DNA of 64,000 nt from an uncultured Acidobacteriaceae bacterium (GCA_963841125.1 CAWJBH010000010.1:161049-225048); one strand, 5' to 3'. Positions 1 through 11,077 are shown, numbered from the stretch's first letter. Made by a program: numbers and translations. Notes: a model not told the origin generated them from the sequence alone.

Positions 1-1
1 G

Positions 2-1293
2 CAGTATGTTTACCTGCGCGAAGCGCTCGGGCCGCTGTGGGGTTTTCTTTACGGCTGGACGCTCTTTCTGGTGATTCAGACCGGGACGATTGCCGCCGTG
101 GGCGTGGCTTTCGGCAAGTTCCTCGGAGTTTTCTTTCCTGCGGTTTCTTCTTCCAATTGGATTCTGCATCTCTGGAAAGTTCCACCGATTCGCCTGGGGC
201 CGATGGTCTTGGGCAACATGGATGTGGGAATCAATACGCAGAATCTGGTCGCCATCCTGCTCGTGGTTTTCCTTTCGGTGGTGAATATCTTCGGCGTTGA
301 AAACCGGAGCGCTCATCCAGAATGTGTTTACTGCGGCCAAGGTCTCGGCGCTGTTGGGACTGGCGTTGTTCGGCATCGCGCTGGGGCGAAATGCGCAGGC
401 GTTGGCCGCAAATTTCAGCGGACATTTCTGGCGGAACGCGGGACTCGGCGCGCAGCACGCCGTTCAGGTGGGAGTGGGCGGTCCGATGGTGATGGTGGGC
501 ACGCTGACGATTCTGGCGGTGGCGCAGGTGGGATCGTTGTTTTCCGCCGACGCCTGGAACAATGTCACGTTCACCGCGGGTGAAGTAAAAAATCCCAGCC
601 GCAATTTGCCGCTATCTTTGGCACTGGGTACGGGCGTGGTGATCGCGCTTTACATCGCGTGCAACTTTATTTATTTGAACTGCGCTGCCGCTGGATGGAA
701 TGCCGGGCGCAGCAACGATTCTGGGGCGCGGAATCAAGTATGCCGCCGAAGAGCGCGTGGGCACCGCGGTCATGACGCAGATGTTTGGCGCTGCGGGCGG
801 ACTGCTGATGGCGGCAGCGATCCTGATTTCCAGCTTCGGCTGCAATAACGGGCTGATTCTTTCCGGCGCGCGCGTTTACTATGCCATGGCGAAGGACGGC
901 CTGTTCTTCCGCAGCGTTGCCAGGCTGCATCCTATCTATAAGACGCCGGCGGTTTCGCTGATGGTGCAGATGGTGTGGGCGTGCCTGCTCTGCGTCTCGG
1001 GCAGCTACGGGCAGCTTCTCGACTACATTATTTTTGCCGTGCTGGTCTTTTATATTTTGACGATTGTGGGATTGTTTGTGCTGCGGCGGACGCGTCCGGA
1101 TGCCCCACGGCCCTACCGGGCGGTGGGTTATCCGGTGCTGCCGGCAATTTATATTGTGATGGCTTTGTTTATCGATGTCGTACTATTGCGCTACAAACCG
1201 CAATTCACCTGGCCGGGGTTGATTGTGGTGCTGCTGGGCATCCCGGTATATTACGCGTGGTCGAAGAAGTCAGGCAGCGCGAGTGCATCTTAG
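2..1293 (+). CDS. APC-family amino acid permease, 5' end cut by window edge; frame switches near 297 and 678
   Basis: Frame from nt 2 reads QYVYLREALGPLWGFLYGWTLFLVIQTGTIAAV. It continues in ORF 297..848 (KTGALIQNVFTAAKVSALLGL...AGEVKNPSRNLPLSL) and ORF 700..1293 (FGCNNGLILSGARVYYAMAKDGLFF...RRTRPDAPRPYRAVGYP). Multi-TM APC permease pattern. Confidence 0.8.
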
Positions 1294-1313
1294 CCCTCAA
1301 GGAGAAACGAAGC

Positions 1314-2807
1314 ATGGCGAACCTGTTCGCGAGAAAAGACCTTCCCACACTGATGAAAGAGGCGGTTGAGGTTGAAGGCGAACAAAGCCTGCGGCGCGCC
1401 CTCGGCCCGCTGAATCTGTTGACCCTGGGCATTGGCGCGATTATTGGCGCGGGAATTTTCGTGATCACCGGTCAGGCCGCGGCGCAGTTTGCCGGACCCG
1501 CCATTGTGATCTCGTTCGTGCTGGCCGGCGTTGCCTGCGCATTCGCGGGACTCTGTTACGCCGAGTTCGCTTCGATGATTCCGATCGCGGGCAGCGCGTA
1601 CACATATTCCTACGCCACGCTGGGTGAATTGGTGGCGTGGATCATTGGCTGGGATTTGATTCTGGAATATGCCTTCGGTGCGGCCACGGTTGCGGTGGGC
1701 TGGAGCGGCCACTTGCGGGCGTTTCTGCACGATCTTGGCTGGAACCTGCCGGCGTTTCCCACTTCTGATTTCGTGCTTTTCGGCATGCCCGTGCATTTGA
1801 AGTATGACTATGTGGGGTTCCTCGTGATCATGGTGATCACCACGATCCTGGTGATTGGCATTAAGGAGTCGGCAAACTTCACCACCGCCGTCGTGATCAT
1901 GAAGGTTGCGGTGGTGTGCATGTTCATCGTTCTTGCTGGAGCGTTTTTGTACTCGCACTCCTGGAAGCCGAACTACTGGCATCCGTTCATTCCCGCAAAC
2001 ACGGGCGAGTGGGGACATTTCGGATGGTCGGGAATTTTGCGCGGAGCCGGCGTTGTCTTCTTCGCCTACATCGGCTTTGACGCGGTTTCGACGGCGGCGC
2101 AGGAGGCCAAGAATCCCAAGAAAGATATGCCCCTGGGCATTCTGGGTTCGCTTGTGATTTGCACGGTGCTTTACATTCTGGTTTCCGGTCTGCTGACCCA
2201 CATCGTGCCCTACCAGCAACTCAACGTTCCCGACCCCGTCGTCGTCGGCATGCGCGTCGCCGGGCAGCAATGGGCTACGTTCCTGGTGGAAATCGGCGCC
2301 CTGGGCGGCTTGGCCACGGTGATGCTGGTGATGTTGCTCGGGCAGTCGCGCGTGTTCTATTCCATGTCGCGCGACGGTTTGCTCTGGCCGTGGGCGGGGA
2401 AGATTCATCCTCGCTTTCGCACGCCGTATCTCAGTTCCATTGTTGTGGGGATTTTCGTCGCGATCTTGGCCACGGTGATTCCGCTCAATGTGCTGGATGA
2501 AATGACGAGCGTGGGCACGCTGCTCGCCTTTGTGCTGGTCAGTGCGGGAGTGTGGGTGATGCGCCGGACGCATCCCGAACTCAACCGGCCGTTCAGGACG
2601 CCGATGGTGCCGCTGGTTCCGATTCTCTCGATTCTTTTCTCCGGGAGCGCTCATCGTTTTCCTTATCTCCGAGCCACGCAGATCCGACTGGTGGTGTGGC
2701 TGGTCATCGGGCTGGCGATTTACTTCACCTACGGACGCAAGCACAGCAAAGTGCAGGCCATGCTGTCGGGATCGAAGACCAACGGAACGTTCATGGCTGA
2801 TCAGTAA
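1314..2807 (+). CDS. APC-family (cationic amino acid transporter-like) permease
   Basis: ATG at 1314 is preceded by GGAGAAAC at 1301. MANLFARKDL...LNLLTLGIGAIIGAGIFVITGQAA...AYIGFDAVSTAAQEAKNPKKDMP is typical of CAT/YfnA-type permeases. The 975 start in the ORF track is an upstream extension overlapping the previous gene. Confidence 0.85.
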   Translation: MANLFARKDLPTLMKEAVEVEGEQSLRRALGPLNLLTLGIGAIIGAGIFVITGQAAAQFAGPAIVISFVLAGVACAFAGLCYAEFASMIPIAGSAYTYSYATLGELVAWIIGWDLILEYAFGAATVAVGWSGHLRAFLHDLGWNLPAFPTSDFVLFGMPVHLKYDYVGFLVIMVITTILVIGIKESANFTTAVVIMKVAVVCMFIVLAGAFLYSHSWKPNYWHPFIPANTGEWGHFGWSGILRGAGVVFFAYIGFDAVSTAAQEAKNPKKDMPLGILGSLVICTVLYILVSGLLTHIVPYQQLNVPDPVVVGMRVAGQQWATFLVEIGALGGLATVMLVMLLGQSRVFYSMSRDGLLWPWAGKIHPRFRTPYLSSIVVGIFVAILATVIPLNVLDEMTSVGTLLAFVLVSAGVWVMRRTHPELNRPFRTPMVPLVPILSILFSGSAHRFPYLRATQIRLVVWLVIGLAIYFTYGRKHSKVQAMLSGSKTNGTFMADQ

Positions 2808-2814
2808 GTCTAGC

Positions 2815-2848
2815 GCCTTCCGCGCGGCGCGGAGGGCCTTTTTGTTTT
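2815..2848 (+). terminator. Rho-independent terminator after the permease
   Basis: 10-bp stem GCCTTCCGCG / CGCGGAGGGC (one G-U pair) with a 3-nt loop, followed by CTTTTTGTTTT. Confidence 0.75.
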
Positions 2849-2856
2849 ATAGTCAG

Positions 2857-2947
2857 TCGTTGGCGCTTCGTCGTTGGTCGTTGCGTCGCTAGGCACTCAT
2901 TTAAACATTTTCGACTACGACTCGACTAACGACCATGATAACGACTG
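2857..2947. repeat. Inverted arrays of a GTCGTTG-type heptamer around an AT-rich centre
   Basis: Left arm has GTCGTTG at 2856, 2870 and 2877 (period 7). Right arm carries CGAC/AACGAC units (2912-2945), less regular. Centre is cactcatttaaacatttt. The element ends 8 nt before the nnr ATG. Confidence 0.5.
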
Positions 2948-2954
2948 GATCATC

Positions 2955-4585
2955 ATGAAAATCGTTATCCGCAGAAGAAATGCGCGCCATCGATCGCGCT
3001 ACCAGCGAGCGCTTCGGCGTGCCTTCGCTCACGCTGATGGAGAATGCGGGCGCTGCGGTGGCGGATTATGTGCTCTCGCATCACGCTGCGGCCGGGCGCG
3101 TCGTGGTTTTCTGCGGCAAGGGAAATAACGGCGGCGATGGTTTTGTGGCGGCGCGGCGGCTGCATCAGCAAGGGGAAAAAAGTTCAGGTGATCCTGCTGG
3201 CGGATCCCGCCGATCTGCGCGGCGATGCGGCAGTCATGTTTCGGGAAGTTGCCGGAGTCGGCCATCGCCGTGCATTCCAGCGAAGAGTTGAAGAGTGAGC
3301 GGGTGCAGCTTTCGCTGCAGGCGGATTTGTATCTGGATGCGGTGCTGGGCACGGGTTTCAAGCCTCCGGTGAGCGGACTCTACGCCGATGCGATCGCGAT
3401 CATGAACGCGAGCCAGGTTCCGGTAATCGCCGTGGATATTCCTTCCGGCGCGGATGCCGATGCGATGGGTCCGCAAGCCGGGACCATTGCCCGCGCCGAT
3501 GCGATCGTCACCTTCACTGCGCCACGTCCGGCGCACGTATTCAGCCTGTTAACCGTCGGGGCCGACGATTGTGGCCGACATCGGCTCGCCGGAGGAAGCG
3601 ATTGTTTCGACGTTGCACTGAATGTGATTACCGCGCGCGATATTGCGCCGCTGGTCGGGCCGCGTCCTGCGGAGTCGAACAAAGGCAACTATGGGCATGT
3701 GCTGGTGGTCGGCGGATCGCTGGGAAAAGCCGGCGCGGTGGCGATGGCGGGGATGGCGGCGCTGCGCGCGGGGGCGGGGCTTTCGACCGTGGCGACAGCG
3801 GAGTCTGTGCTGGCAACCGTGGCGGGATTTCATCCGGAGTTGATGACTGAACCTTTGCCCGAGACGGACGCGGGCACGATTTCAACCGGGGCGCAGGAAT
3901 CGAATCGAGGAGTTGGCGAAAGGGAAGACTGTGCTGGCGATCGGGCCGGGGATTTCGCGAGATCCGCAGACTGCGGAGCTGGTGCGACGCTTGGTTGCGA
4001 AACTTCAGCTTACCCGATGGTCGTGGATGCCGATGGCCTGAATGCGTTTGAGGGCCGCACGGATGAATTGAATGGCAAGGGCCGGACGCTGGTGATCACT
4101 CCGCATCCGGGTGAGATGGCGCGTCTGGTGGGATGCACGATTGCCGAGGTGCAGAAGGATCGATTGGGAGTGGCGCGGAAGTTCGCGCGCGAGCACGAAG
4201 TGATCGTGGTGCTCAAAGGGCCATCGCACGCTGGTTGTGCAGCCGGATGGTGAGGCCTGGGTGAATACGACGGGCAATCCTGGAATGGCGACTGGGGGCA
4301 CGGGAGACATTCTGACGGGGATGGTTGCGGGAATGATCGCGCAGCATCCGAAAGATGCTTTTGCGAGCCGTGCTTGCGGCGGTGCATCTGCACGGACTTG
4401 CCGGCGACGTGATGCGCGAGAGCGTGGGCGAGCATTCGCTGGTGGCGACTGATCTGCTGAAGGGACTGCCGGAGGCGTTCCGGCGCACGCGCGAAATCGG
4501 CGGAGGAAAAACTCGTGCGTTGGTGAGTGGAACGGACTCGCGAGCAAGCATTCCGGCGCCCTGGTATTGTCTTAAAGCTATTTAA
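2955..4585 (+). CDS. nnr: Bifunctional NAD(P)H-hydrate repair enzyme (epimerase + ADP-dependent dehydratase), at least 5 frame switches; 3' end uncertain
   Basis: YjeF_N motifs [28 protein letters not shown] and [21 protein letters not shown]. Dehydratase motifs [46 protein letters not shown] and [22 protein letters not shown]. These are spread over ORFs 2874, 2980, 3044, 3225, 4237 and 4355. Confidence 0.85.
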
Positions 4586-4751
4586 GGGACCGCCGATTCT
4601 TTTAGGCCATTAACGAGTTGATAAACTTCTTGCGATGTGCTTGACACGCGGTAGTTGATCGCTGAAACGCCGCTTCTGGCGCCGGAATCCGGCCATCTGC
4701 TTCCGTAACCTGTTACCCACTCCTGTGCGCATGACATAGTGCAATTAGCTT

Positions 4752-5147
4752 ATGACCCATTTCCCCCAACCGCACTCTTCGCGGCGCGCGGCCCGGGTCC
4801 AGCTAGGCGAATCCGTCCTGGCTGCGATTCGTTTAGAAGATGGCCGGCGCACAAAAGCTAAACTCCAAACCATTTCCACCACTGGTGGACTGTTGCAGTT
4901 GCCACGTCGCTGGGCAACGGCTCGTTCGTCGAACTGGCGTTTCAAACGCAATCGGGGCCGGTGCACGGTATGGCCGAAGTCCTCACTCCGACGCGGAAGA
5001 CGACTGAGGGAGTGCTGCAGCCGTTCCGCTTCGTCGCGCTTGAGGATGACGACAACCGCCGCTTGCGGACATCGCTGGACAACGTGGCGGACCCGAACCA
5101 GCTGGGCCTCAAGTCGAGTGATCCTCAGTGCGACGAGGACGATCTAG
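4752..5147 (+). CDS. Small PilZ-domain protein (c-di-GMP binding type), one frame switch near 4915; 3' end uncertain
   Basis: RRAAR (RxxxR) followed about 30 aa later by QTISTTGGLL (D/NxSxxG-like). Continues in ORF 4961 as VHGMAEVLTPTRKTTEGVLQPFRFVALEDDD. Confidence 0.5.
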   Translation: MTHFPQPHSSRRAARVQLGESVLAAIRLEDGRRTKAKLQTISTTGGLLQLPRRWATARSSNWRFKRNRGRCTVWPKSSLRRGRRLRECCSRSASSRLRMTTTAACGHRWTTWRTRTSWASSRVILSATRTI

Positions 5148-5186
5148 TCGGCTCTCGCTATACTGGTCGTAGTTTCTGCGCACGGC

Positions 5187-5657
5187 ATGACTGCGACCGG
5201 TCGGGAAATGACGCGAGAGATCACCACACAATCGCCGGAGGAGACGATCGCCTTCGGGCGGACGCTGGCGGAGTTGCTGGCGCCGCCGAAGCTGGTGCTG
5301 CTGCGCGGCGATCTGGGCGCGGGGAAAACCACGCTGGTCAAGGGAATCGCCGCGGGGTTCGGAGCGGCGGAGGAAGAAGACGTCACCAGTCCTACCTTCA
5401 CGCTGGTGCACGAGTATCGCGGGCCGCGGGCGAATCTTTATCACATTGATCTTTATCGCATCGATACTCAGCGGGAGTTGGAGACGCTGGGGCTGGATGA
5501 TCTGCGCGCCGAGGGCAGCGTTTTGCTGATTGAGTGGGGAGAGAAGTTTCCGCGATTGCTGCGGGAGCGGGATGTGGAGATTTCTTTGGAACGGGACGAG
5601 GAGAGCGGGCGGCGGATTACGGATTGTAGTAGCGGGCTGAGTGTGGGCGTCGGATAG
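5187..5657 (+). CDS. tsaE: tRNA t6A37 biosynthesis ATPase TsaE
   Basis: Intact 156-aa ORF with LLRGDLGAGKTTLVKG (P-loop), VTSPTFTLVHEY and LYHIDLYR, the YjeE/TsaE signature. Confidence 0.9.
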   Translation: MTATGREMTREITTQSPEETIAFGRTLAELLAPPKLVLLRGDLGAGKTTLVKGIAAGFGAAEEEDVTSPTFTLVHEYRGPRANLYHIDLYRIDTQRELETLGLDDLRAEGSVLLIEWGEKFPRLLRERDVEISLERDEESGRRITDCSSGLSVGVG

Positions 5658-6162
5658 GGTGTCGCGCTCATAAAGCCAGGCGCCTCCACTTGCACCATCG
5701 AGAAGAGGATGGCGGCGGCGAATAGGCAAACGAGCCAATTCGTACGCATACCTTACGTGCCAGACCACGCGTTTCACTTCGGCCCGCGAAGATTCATGTC
5801 CTTTTGAACACCGCAGAATGGGGCCACGAAAAACAAAAATCAGGAGTCGCTGCTTTGGGCATACTTCACCGATATGCGGCGATGCGACTCCATGGATTGC
5901 TTTTCGTCCTGAATGTGCCGCTGTACAACCCCAACAACTCAGTCCCACTGCGCCATTTTCTCCTGTTCGATATTTCCGTCAACACGTCAGCAGGAGGCTC
6001 GTCTACCACTTGAATACCGGGGAAATCTGGGAGGTCCCTGACGTTCTGCGGCAGAGTGCTGTACGCCACTCCACAATCTCCTCAAAGCTCTCGGGATTTT
6101 TGGTGTCGCCCATGAGGCCAACTGCCAGGAGAAGCCGCGAGACTCAAGCATCCGGGAGCCTT

Positions 6163-6933
6163 CTAGAATCCCATAATGTTATAGCCGCAGTCGACATAGA
6201 TCACTTCGCCGGTGATGCCGCTGCTGGCGTCAGAGGCGAGGAAGACTCCGGTCGAGCCGACTTCTGCAATATCGACGTTGCGGCCGAGGGGGGCGTGTTC
6301 GGCGTGGGCTTTCAGCATATCGCCGAAGCCTGAGATGCCGCGCGCGGCGAGGGTTTTCACCGGTCCGGCGGAGATGGCGTTCACTCGAATTTTCTTCTTT
6401 CCCAGATCGTAGGCCAGATAGCGCACGGAGCATTCCAGGCCGGCTTTGGCAACGGCCATCACGTTATAGCGCGGGACGACTTTCTCGGAAGCGTAGTAGG
6501 TCATCGTGATGATCGATCCGCCATCTTCCATGAGCGGTGCGGCCGCGCGCGCGACTGCGACCAGGGAATACACGCTTACATCCAGCGCGATCCGAAAACC
6601 TTCGCGCGTGGTGTTGATGAATTCTCCTTTGAGTTCATCAGCGGGTGCGTACGCTACTGAGTGCACCAGCGTGTGCAGTTTGCCGTAGCGCTCTTTGAGC
6701 GTGGCGAAGAGGCGGTCGATCTCTTCGTCTTTGCTGACGTCGCACATGTAGCCTTCCGCGCCGGGTAGGGACAGAATCAGGTCTTTGGCTTCCTGCTCCA
6801 GGCGCTCGTTCTGGTAGGTGATGGCGAGCTTCATGCCCGCGGCGTGCAGTCCCTGGGCGATGGACCAGGCGATCGAGCGCTTATTGGCGACTCCGAAGAC
6901 GACGGCGTTACGGCCCTGCAGGTCAGAGGACAT
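6163..6933 (-). CDS. fabI: Enoyl-[acyl-carrier-protein] reductase (NADH)
   Basis: MSSDLQGRNAVVFGVANKRSIAWSIAQ...YNVMAVAKAGLECSVRYLAYDLG...IRVNAISAGPVKTLAA...GEVIYVDCGYNIMG is a classic FabI. Start taken at the MSSDL Met, 17 codons inside the track ORF. Confidence 0.92.
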   Translation of the reverse strand: MSSDLQGRNAVVFGVANKRSIAWSIAQGLHAAGMKLAITYQNERLEQEAKDLILSLPGAEGYMCDVSKDEEIDRLFATLKERYGKLHTLVHSVAYAPADELKGEFINTTREGFRIALDVSVYSLVAVARAAAPLMEDGGSIITMTYYASEKVVPRYNVMAVAKAGLECSVRYLAYDLGKKKIRVNAISAGPVKTLAARGISGFGDMLKAHAEHAPLGRNVDIAEVGSTGVFLASDASSGITGEVIYVDCGYNIMGF

Positions 6934-6997
6934 GAGCGCTCCTTGGAATGGGAAAGAATAACAGCGGAAGGCTGGATTTACCACACAGCCATCCCAT

Positions 6998-7601
6998 TCA
7001 GGGTTTCACTAACTCGTCCGAGAGCAAGTGAGCTTTCAGGGCGAGACTGTGGGCGCGGTCGAGGTCTCCGGCGACGGCGGCTGTCTTCGACTGCTCCATG
7101 AACTGGTTGATTTGGTTTTTCATGTCCTGCTGGCTTGGCGTTGAGCTGGCGTCCCTCGATTTTCTTCAGGTTTTCTTCGGTCGCGATTCTGAGTTGTTCG
7201 GTAGAGCTTTTATGTTCGGCGGCCGTGCCGCCTGTGAGTTGGACCGGCGGTTCGTCGGATCCTCCGTTGCGGACAACTTTCTTGCGCGGCGGACAGGGCG
7301 GAGCGGAGGCGGAAGCTTCCCGGGTTAGGCGCAGGTGCGGCCGTCGTGCAATTTGACGTGCTTGCCTTCTTCCGATGGTGGGGTTTCGGAGCGGGCTTGG
7401 GTTGATTCGCGGGGTGATCCGCTGTCCGGCGCGGTGTGCGGGAGCGGGCGAAGATTGATCGGGTGGCGTCTGCGATGAGCCGCCAGACTGGCTTGCGGAG
7501 GTTGAAGAGCTGAAGGACATCGCAGCGGGCAGATTCCGGCAACAATTGTTTGGATGGCCCAGGATCAGAAGACAAACGGCGAGGATTGCAGGGAAAGTCA
7601 T
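6998..7601 (-). CDS. Hypothetical secreted protein, one frame switch near 7130
   Basis: N-terminal hydrophobic signal MTFPAILAVCLLILG. The C-terminal Arg-rich tail of the track ORF is replaced, after removing one C at about 7130, by KQQDMKNQINQFMEQSKTAAVAGDLDRAHSLALKAHLLSDELVKP*. That reads like a real coiled-coil protein end. Confidence 0.45.
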
Positions 7602-7679
7602 CTTTAATTGTCCGTGTTGTGCGGTGAACCTGTTTGATTTTACGCCCTCGGAAAGTCACTGCAGAAATCAGTTTGAGTT

Positions 7680-9566
7680 TTAACATTGCCGGTTCGTCGC
7701 GGGAATCTGCTGTGCGCTCCGCGATCAAGCTTGAGCCAGCGAGCGGAAGGCGGAAGCGGAATGTCGTGCCCTCCCCTTCGCTCGATTCAAATTCCACCGA
7801 GCCGTAGTGCCATTGCAGGATTTGGTAAGTCTGCGCCAGGCCAATGCCGTTGCCGTCCTTCCGGGTGGTGAAATAAAGTTCGAAAATCTTGTCCTGCACA
7901 TCCTGAGCAATGCCCACGCCTTGATCGCGGACTTCGGCGACCACCGCATCTTCCTCACGGCGCGCCGAGATCGTGAGTGGACCGCCGTCAGGCATGGCCA
8001 GGATTCCATTGAGCACCACGTTGAGCAGGGCTTGCTTCATGAAGTCGAGGTCTGCCTTGATGGGTAAGGGCTCTTTGGGCATGTCGCGCTTGATGGTGAC
8101 GCCGTGCTGCTCCGCATCAGGAGCGGCAAGCAGCGCCACGTCGTCGAGCACGCGGCGGAGATCCACTTCCTCCAGGCGAAGCTCGCGGGCTCGCATGAAG
8201 TCCACCAGAGTTTGCACCACGCGGTCGAGCCGGTGAATTTCGCTGCCGATGATGTCCATGTGACGCCGGGTATCAGGATCCAATTGCGCCAGCTTGTTCT
8301 GCAGGAGTTGCAAGTGGAGCACGATGGCATTGATGGGATTCTTCACCTCGTGGGCAACGCCGCCGGTCACGCGACCGCTGGCGGAGAGGCGGCGGGACAT
8401 CTCGATTTCGTCTCCGATGCGCCGGACGGACTCGGCATCGCGCATGATCAGCAGAGCGCCGATTTGAGTGCTTTTCTCCTGCACAAAATCCAGAGAAACC
8501 TGGACCCGCCTGCCGGCGGCGGCGACCAACTCGCGTTGCGAAAGCGGACGCCTGCGTTCAAAAGCTTCGAGCAGCGGCGCGCCGAGGGACGGTCAGCGGG
8601 AAAAAATTCTCGCGACCGGTTCTGCCCAGCAACTCAGCGCGCGGCCTGCCGAGGAAGCGCTCGACCGGGGCGCTCACCAGCACCACGCGGGAATCTCGCG
8701 TGAACAGCATCAGGCCATCCTGCAGCTTCGACATGAGCTGGTCCACGTTGTCTTTCAAGCGCGGAGAAAATTTCCCGGCTGTCGCGCATTTGCCGGCCCA
8801 GGTTGGCAATCTTCAGCGTGACCAGTCCGAGTTCGTCGTGTTCCGATTCGTCTCCCGGAAAGCGCCTCGGTGCGAACCAGAACTGACGTTATCCAAGATT
8901 GCGGCTGATCTCCTTGAGTGGTCCGAGAGCGAGATTGGACACGCCGGCAGCAAGCAGAAGCGAGGCGAAGATCGACGCAATCGAGAAATAGACCGCGTGC
9001 AGCAGGCGAGGCGTGATTTCGCTCTTGAGAAAGACCGTGGAAACACCAATGCGGATGGTGCCGAAAGGCGCTCCGTTCAATTGTAGCGGAGAAGGTGACG
9101 TCGTAAACTGTGGCGGGGCTGTACACCAGGCGAAGTTGCTCCCGGAAGCGGGCTGTCGTGACCGCGCGAAAGTCGGGACGCGGTGGCAACCTGCTTGCCT
9201 ACCAACTGAGGATTGGTATGCAGCAGCGCTTTCCCGTTCGCATCGACCACGGAGGCATCGTAGATGTAGGGCCAAAGCGCGACCGCGGATTCAAGATTGT
9301 TCAAAAGATTAGTATCCATCGGCAGGTATTCGGCAAGCGCCCGCCGCACCGCAACGGGATCATCGGTATCGATGCGAGTGCTGCTCAGATCGGGCAGATC
9401 GTTCTCGGCGAAGTAAGCCAGTTGCTGGGTCAGGCGGCTAGGCGCTTTCGTAGGCATTGGTGATGCGCTGACGAAGGAGCTGCGAGATATAGAGATAGGA
9501 GAACGCAGTCACCATCACGGTCACCATGAAGGTGATGCCGAGTCACGATGATGGCTTTACGTCGCA
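7680..9566 (-). CDS. Sensor histidine kinase (periplasmic sensor, HAMP, PAS, HisKA, HATPase), at least 5 frame switches; 3' end approximate
   Basis: Fragments in ORFs 9430, 9077, 8889, 8755, 8558 and 7210. MRRKAIIV start; TM region; PAS-like LQDGLMLFTRDSRVVLVSAPVERFLGR. H-box GGVAHEVKNPINAI, N-box LLNVVLNGILAM, G-boxes RDQGVGI and GNGIGLAQ. Confidence 0.8.
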
Positions 9567-9577
9567 TGGGAACAGGG

Positions 9578-9681
9578 CTGGTCAGTGAACAGTGGTCAGT
9601 GAGCGTAGTAAAGAGCAACGAACCGAGGACGTTCTTACTGATCACTCGCTGCCACTAGACCACTGACCACTGATTCACTGC
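9578..9681. repeat. Inverted GTGGTCA-heptamer arrays in the response-regulator / kinase spacer
   Basis: Left arm ggtcagtgaacagtggtcagtgagcg. Right arm cgctgccactagaccactgaccactgattcactgcc. The right arm overlaps the regulator stop codon, and the protein ends ...NQWSVV. Confidence 0.7.
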
Positions 9682-11077
9682 CCTGGCTTCCTCAGTTGCC
9701 GCGTCCGCGGCGGTGCTCCCGTACTCCTTAAGCTTATTATGCAGGGTTTTCAAGCTAATGCCGAGGATTTCCGCGGCCTTCGTCTTGTTATTGCTGGTGG
9801 ATTCCAAGGTCTTCAGGATGAGCATTTTTTCCGCCTCGCCGACGGTCGTGCCCACGCCCAGGCGCACTGCGTCCGGGTCATTGGCGGCCGCGCGCACCGG
9901 CGCGTGGCCGAATCCCGGAGGCAGATGTTTGGTTTCGATCATGCCGGTGTCGCAGACAATCACGGCGCGTTCAATCGTATTGCGCAATTCGCGGACGTTT
10001 CCCGGCCAGGAATAATTGTTAAACAGATTCATCACCGCTTCGCTCACAGCGGCAACCTTGCGGGAGTGCTTCGCGCTCATCTCCGACAGAAGAAGCTGCA
10101 CCAGATCGGCAATGTCTTCCTTATGTTCCCGCAGCGGAGGCATGTGGATGTTGAAGACGTTCAGCCGGTAATAGAGATCGTTGCGCAATTCACCGCTGGC
10201 CACAGCATCGTCTGGAACTTTGTTGGTCGCGGCCAGCACGCGCACGTCTACCGAGGTCTCCACTTTGCTTCCCAGCCGGCGCAACTTGTGGTCTTCGAGT
10301 ACGCGAAGTAACTTCGCCTGGGTTCCCACGGGCATCTCGCCAATTTCGTCGAGCAGGATGGTTCCGCCTTCGGCCAGCTCGAAGCAGCCGGTGCGCCGTT
10401 CCAGTGCTCCGGTGAAGGCGCCCTTTTCGTGGCCGAAGATCTCGCTTTCGATCAGCGTTTCTGGAATCGCGGCGCAGTTGATGGCGACGAAGGGCCGGTC
10501 GCGGCGGGGACTCAATTGATGGATGGTGCGGGCCACCAACTCTTTGCCCGTGCCGCTGGCTCCGGTGATCAGTACTGACGCGGTGCTGGGCGCAACCAGT
10601 TCGATGAGGCGGAAAATCTCCTGCATCTTGCGCGATGCTCCCTTGAGTTGGCCCAGGGAACCGGAATCCCGCAGCTTGCGGCGGGCGCTCTCCAGTTCGG
10701 CTCGCGTCCCAAGCAGCGCCGAGGCGTTCTGCAGCATGGTGCGCAGACGGTTCGTGTCGATTGGTTTGGTGATGTAGTCATAGGCTCCCATGCGCATGGC
10801 TTGCACCGCGCTATCGATGGTGCCCTGCGCCGTCACCAGAATTACGGCCATGGCCTGGGACTGCTCGCCCAACCGTTCGAGCAGCTCGATGCCGCCCATG
10901 CGCGGCATCTTGAGGTCCGTAACCACGATGGAGGGACTCCATTGCGCAGCTTTCTCCAGGCCATCCACGCCATCGCGTGCGGTTTCCGCCCGATACCCCC
11001 AGGAGGAAACCAACTCGGCCAGGCCCGGTGCGCTCGTTTTCTTCGTCCTCAACGATCAGTACTTTTTCGTGGCTCAT
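9655..11077 (-). CDS. Sigma-54-dependent response regulator (NtrC family), one frame switch near 11030
   Basis: MSHEKVLIVEDEENERTG (ORF 10811..11077) joins LAELVSSWGYRAETARDG...VVTDLKMPRMGG. AAA+ core VLITGASGTGKELVAR, GAFTGA and ESEIFGHEKGAFTG. C-terminal Fis-type HTH NKTKAAEILGISLKTLHNKLKEY. Confidence 0.9.

Noticed and set aside
1290-2744. Long antisense ORFs opposite well-supported genes (1290..2744 -, 18368..19591 -, 31301..32395 -, 34099..34914 -, 42859..44730 +, 49619..50425 -, 30147..31100 -)
   Set aside because: These are typical high-GC shadow ORFs. Their products are Arg/His/Gly/Pro-rich with no motifs, and each overlaps a gene with unmistakable conserved motifs on the other strand.
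5866-6113. Possible small minus-strand gene between tsaE and fabI (MGDTKNPESFEEIVEWRTA... joined to LPQNVRDLPDFPGIQVVDEPPADVLTEISNRRKW...)
   Set aside because: It needs at least one frame hop. I recognise no family, and the alternative continuations are equally plausible. Not reported as a feature, but it could be a real small gene.
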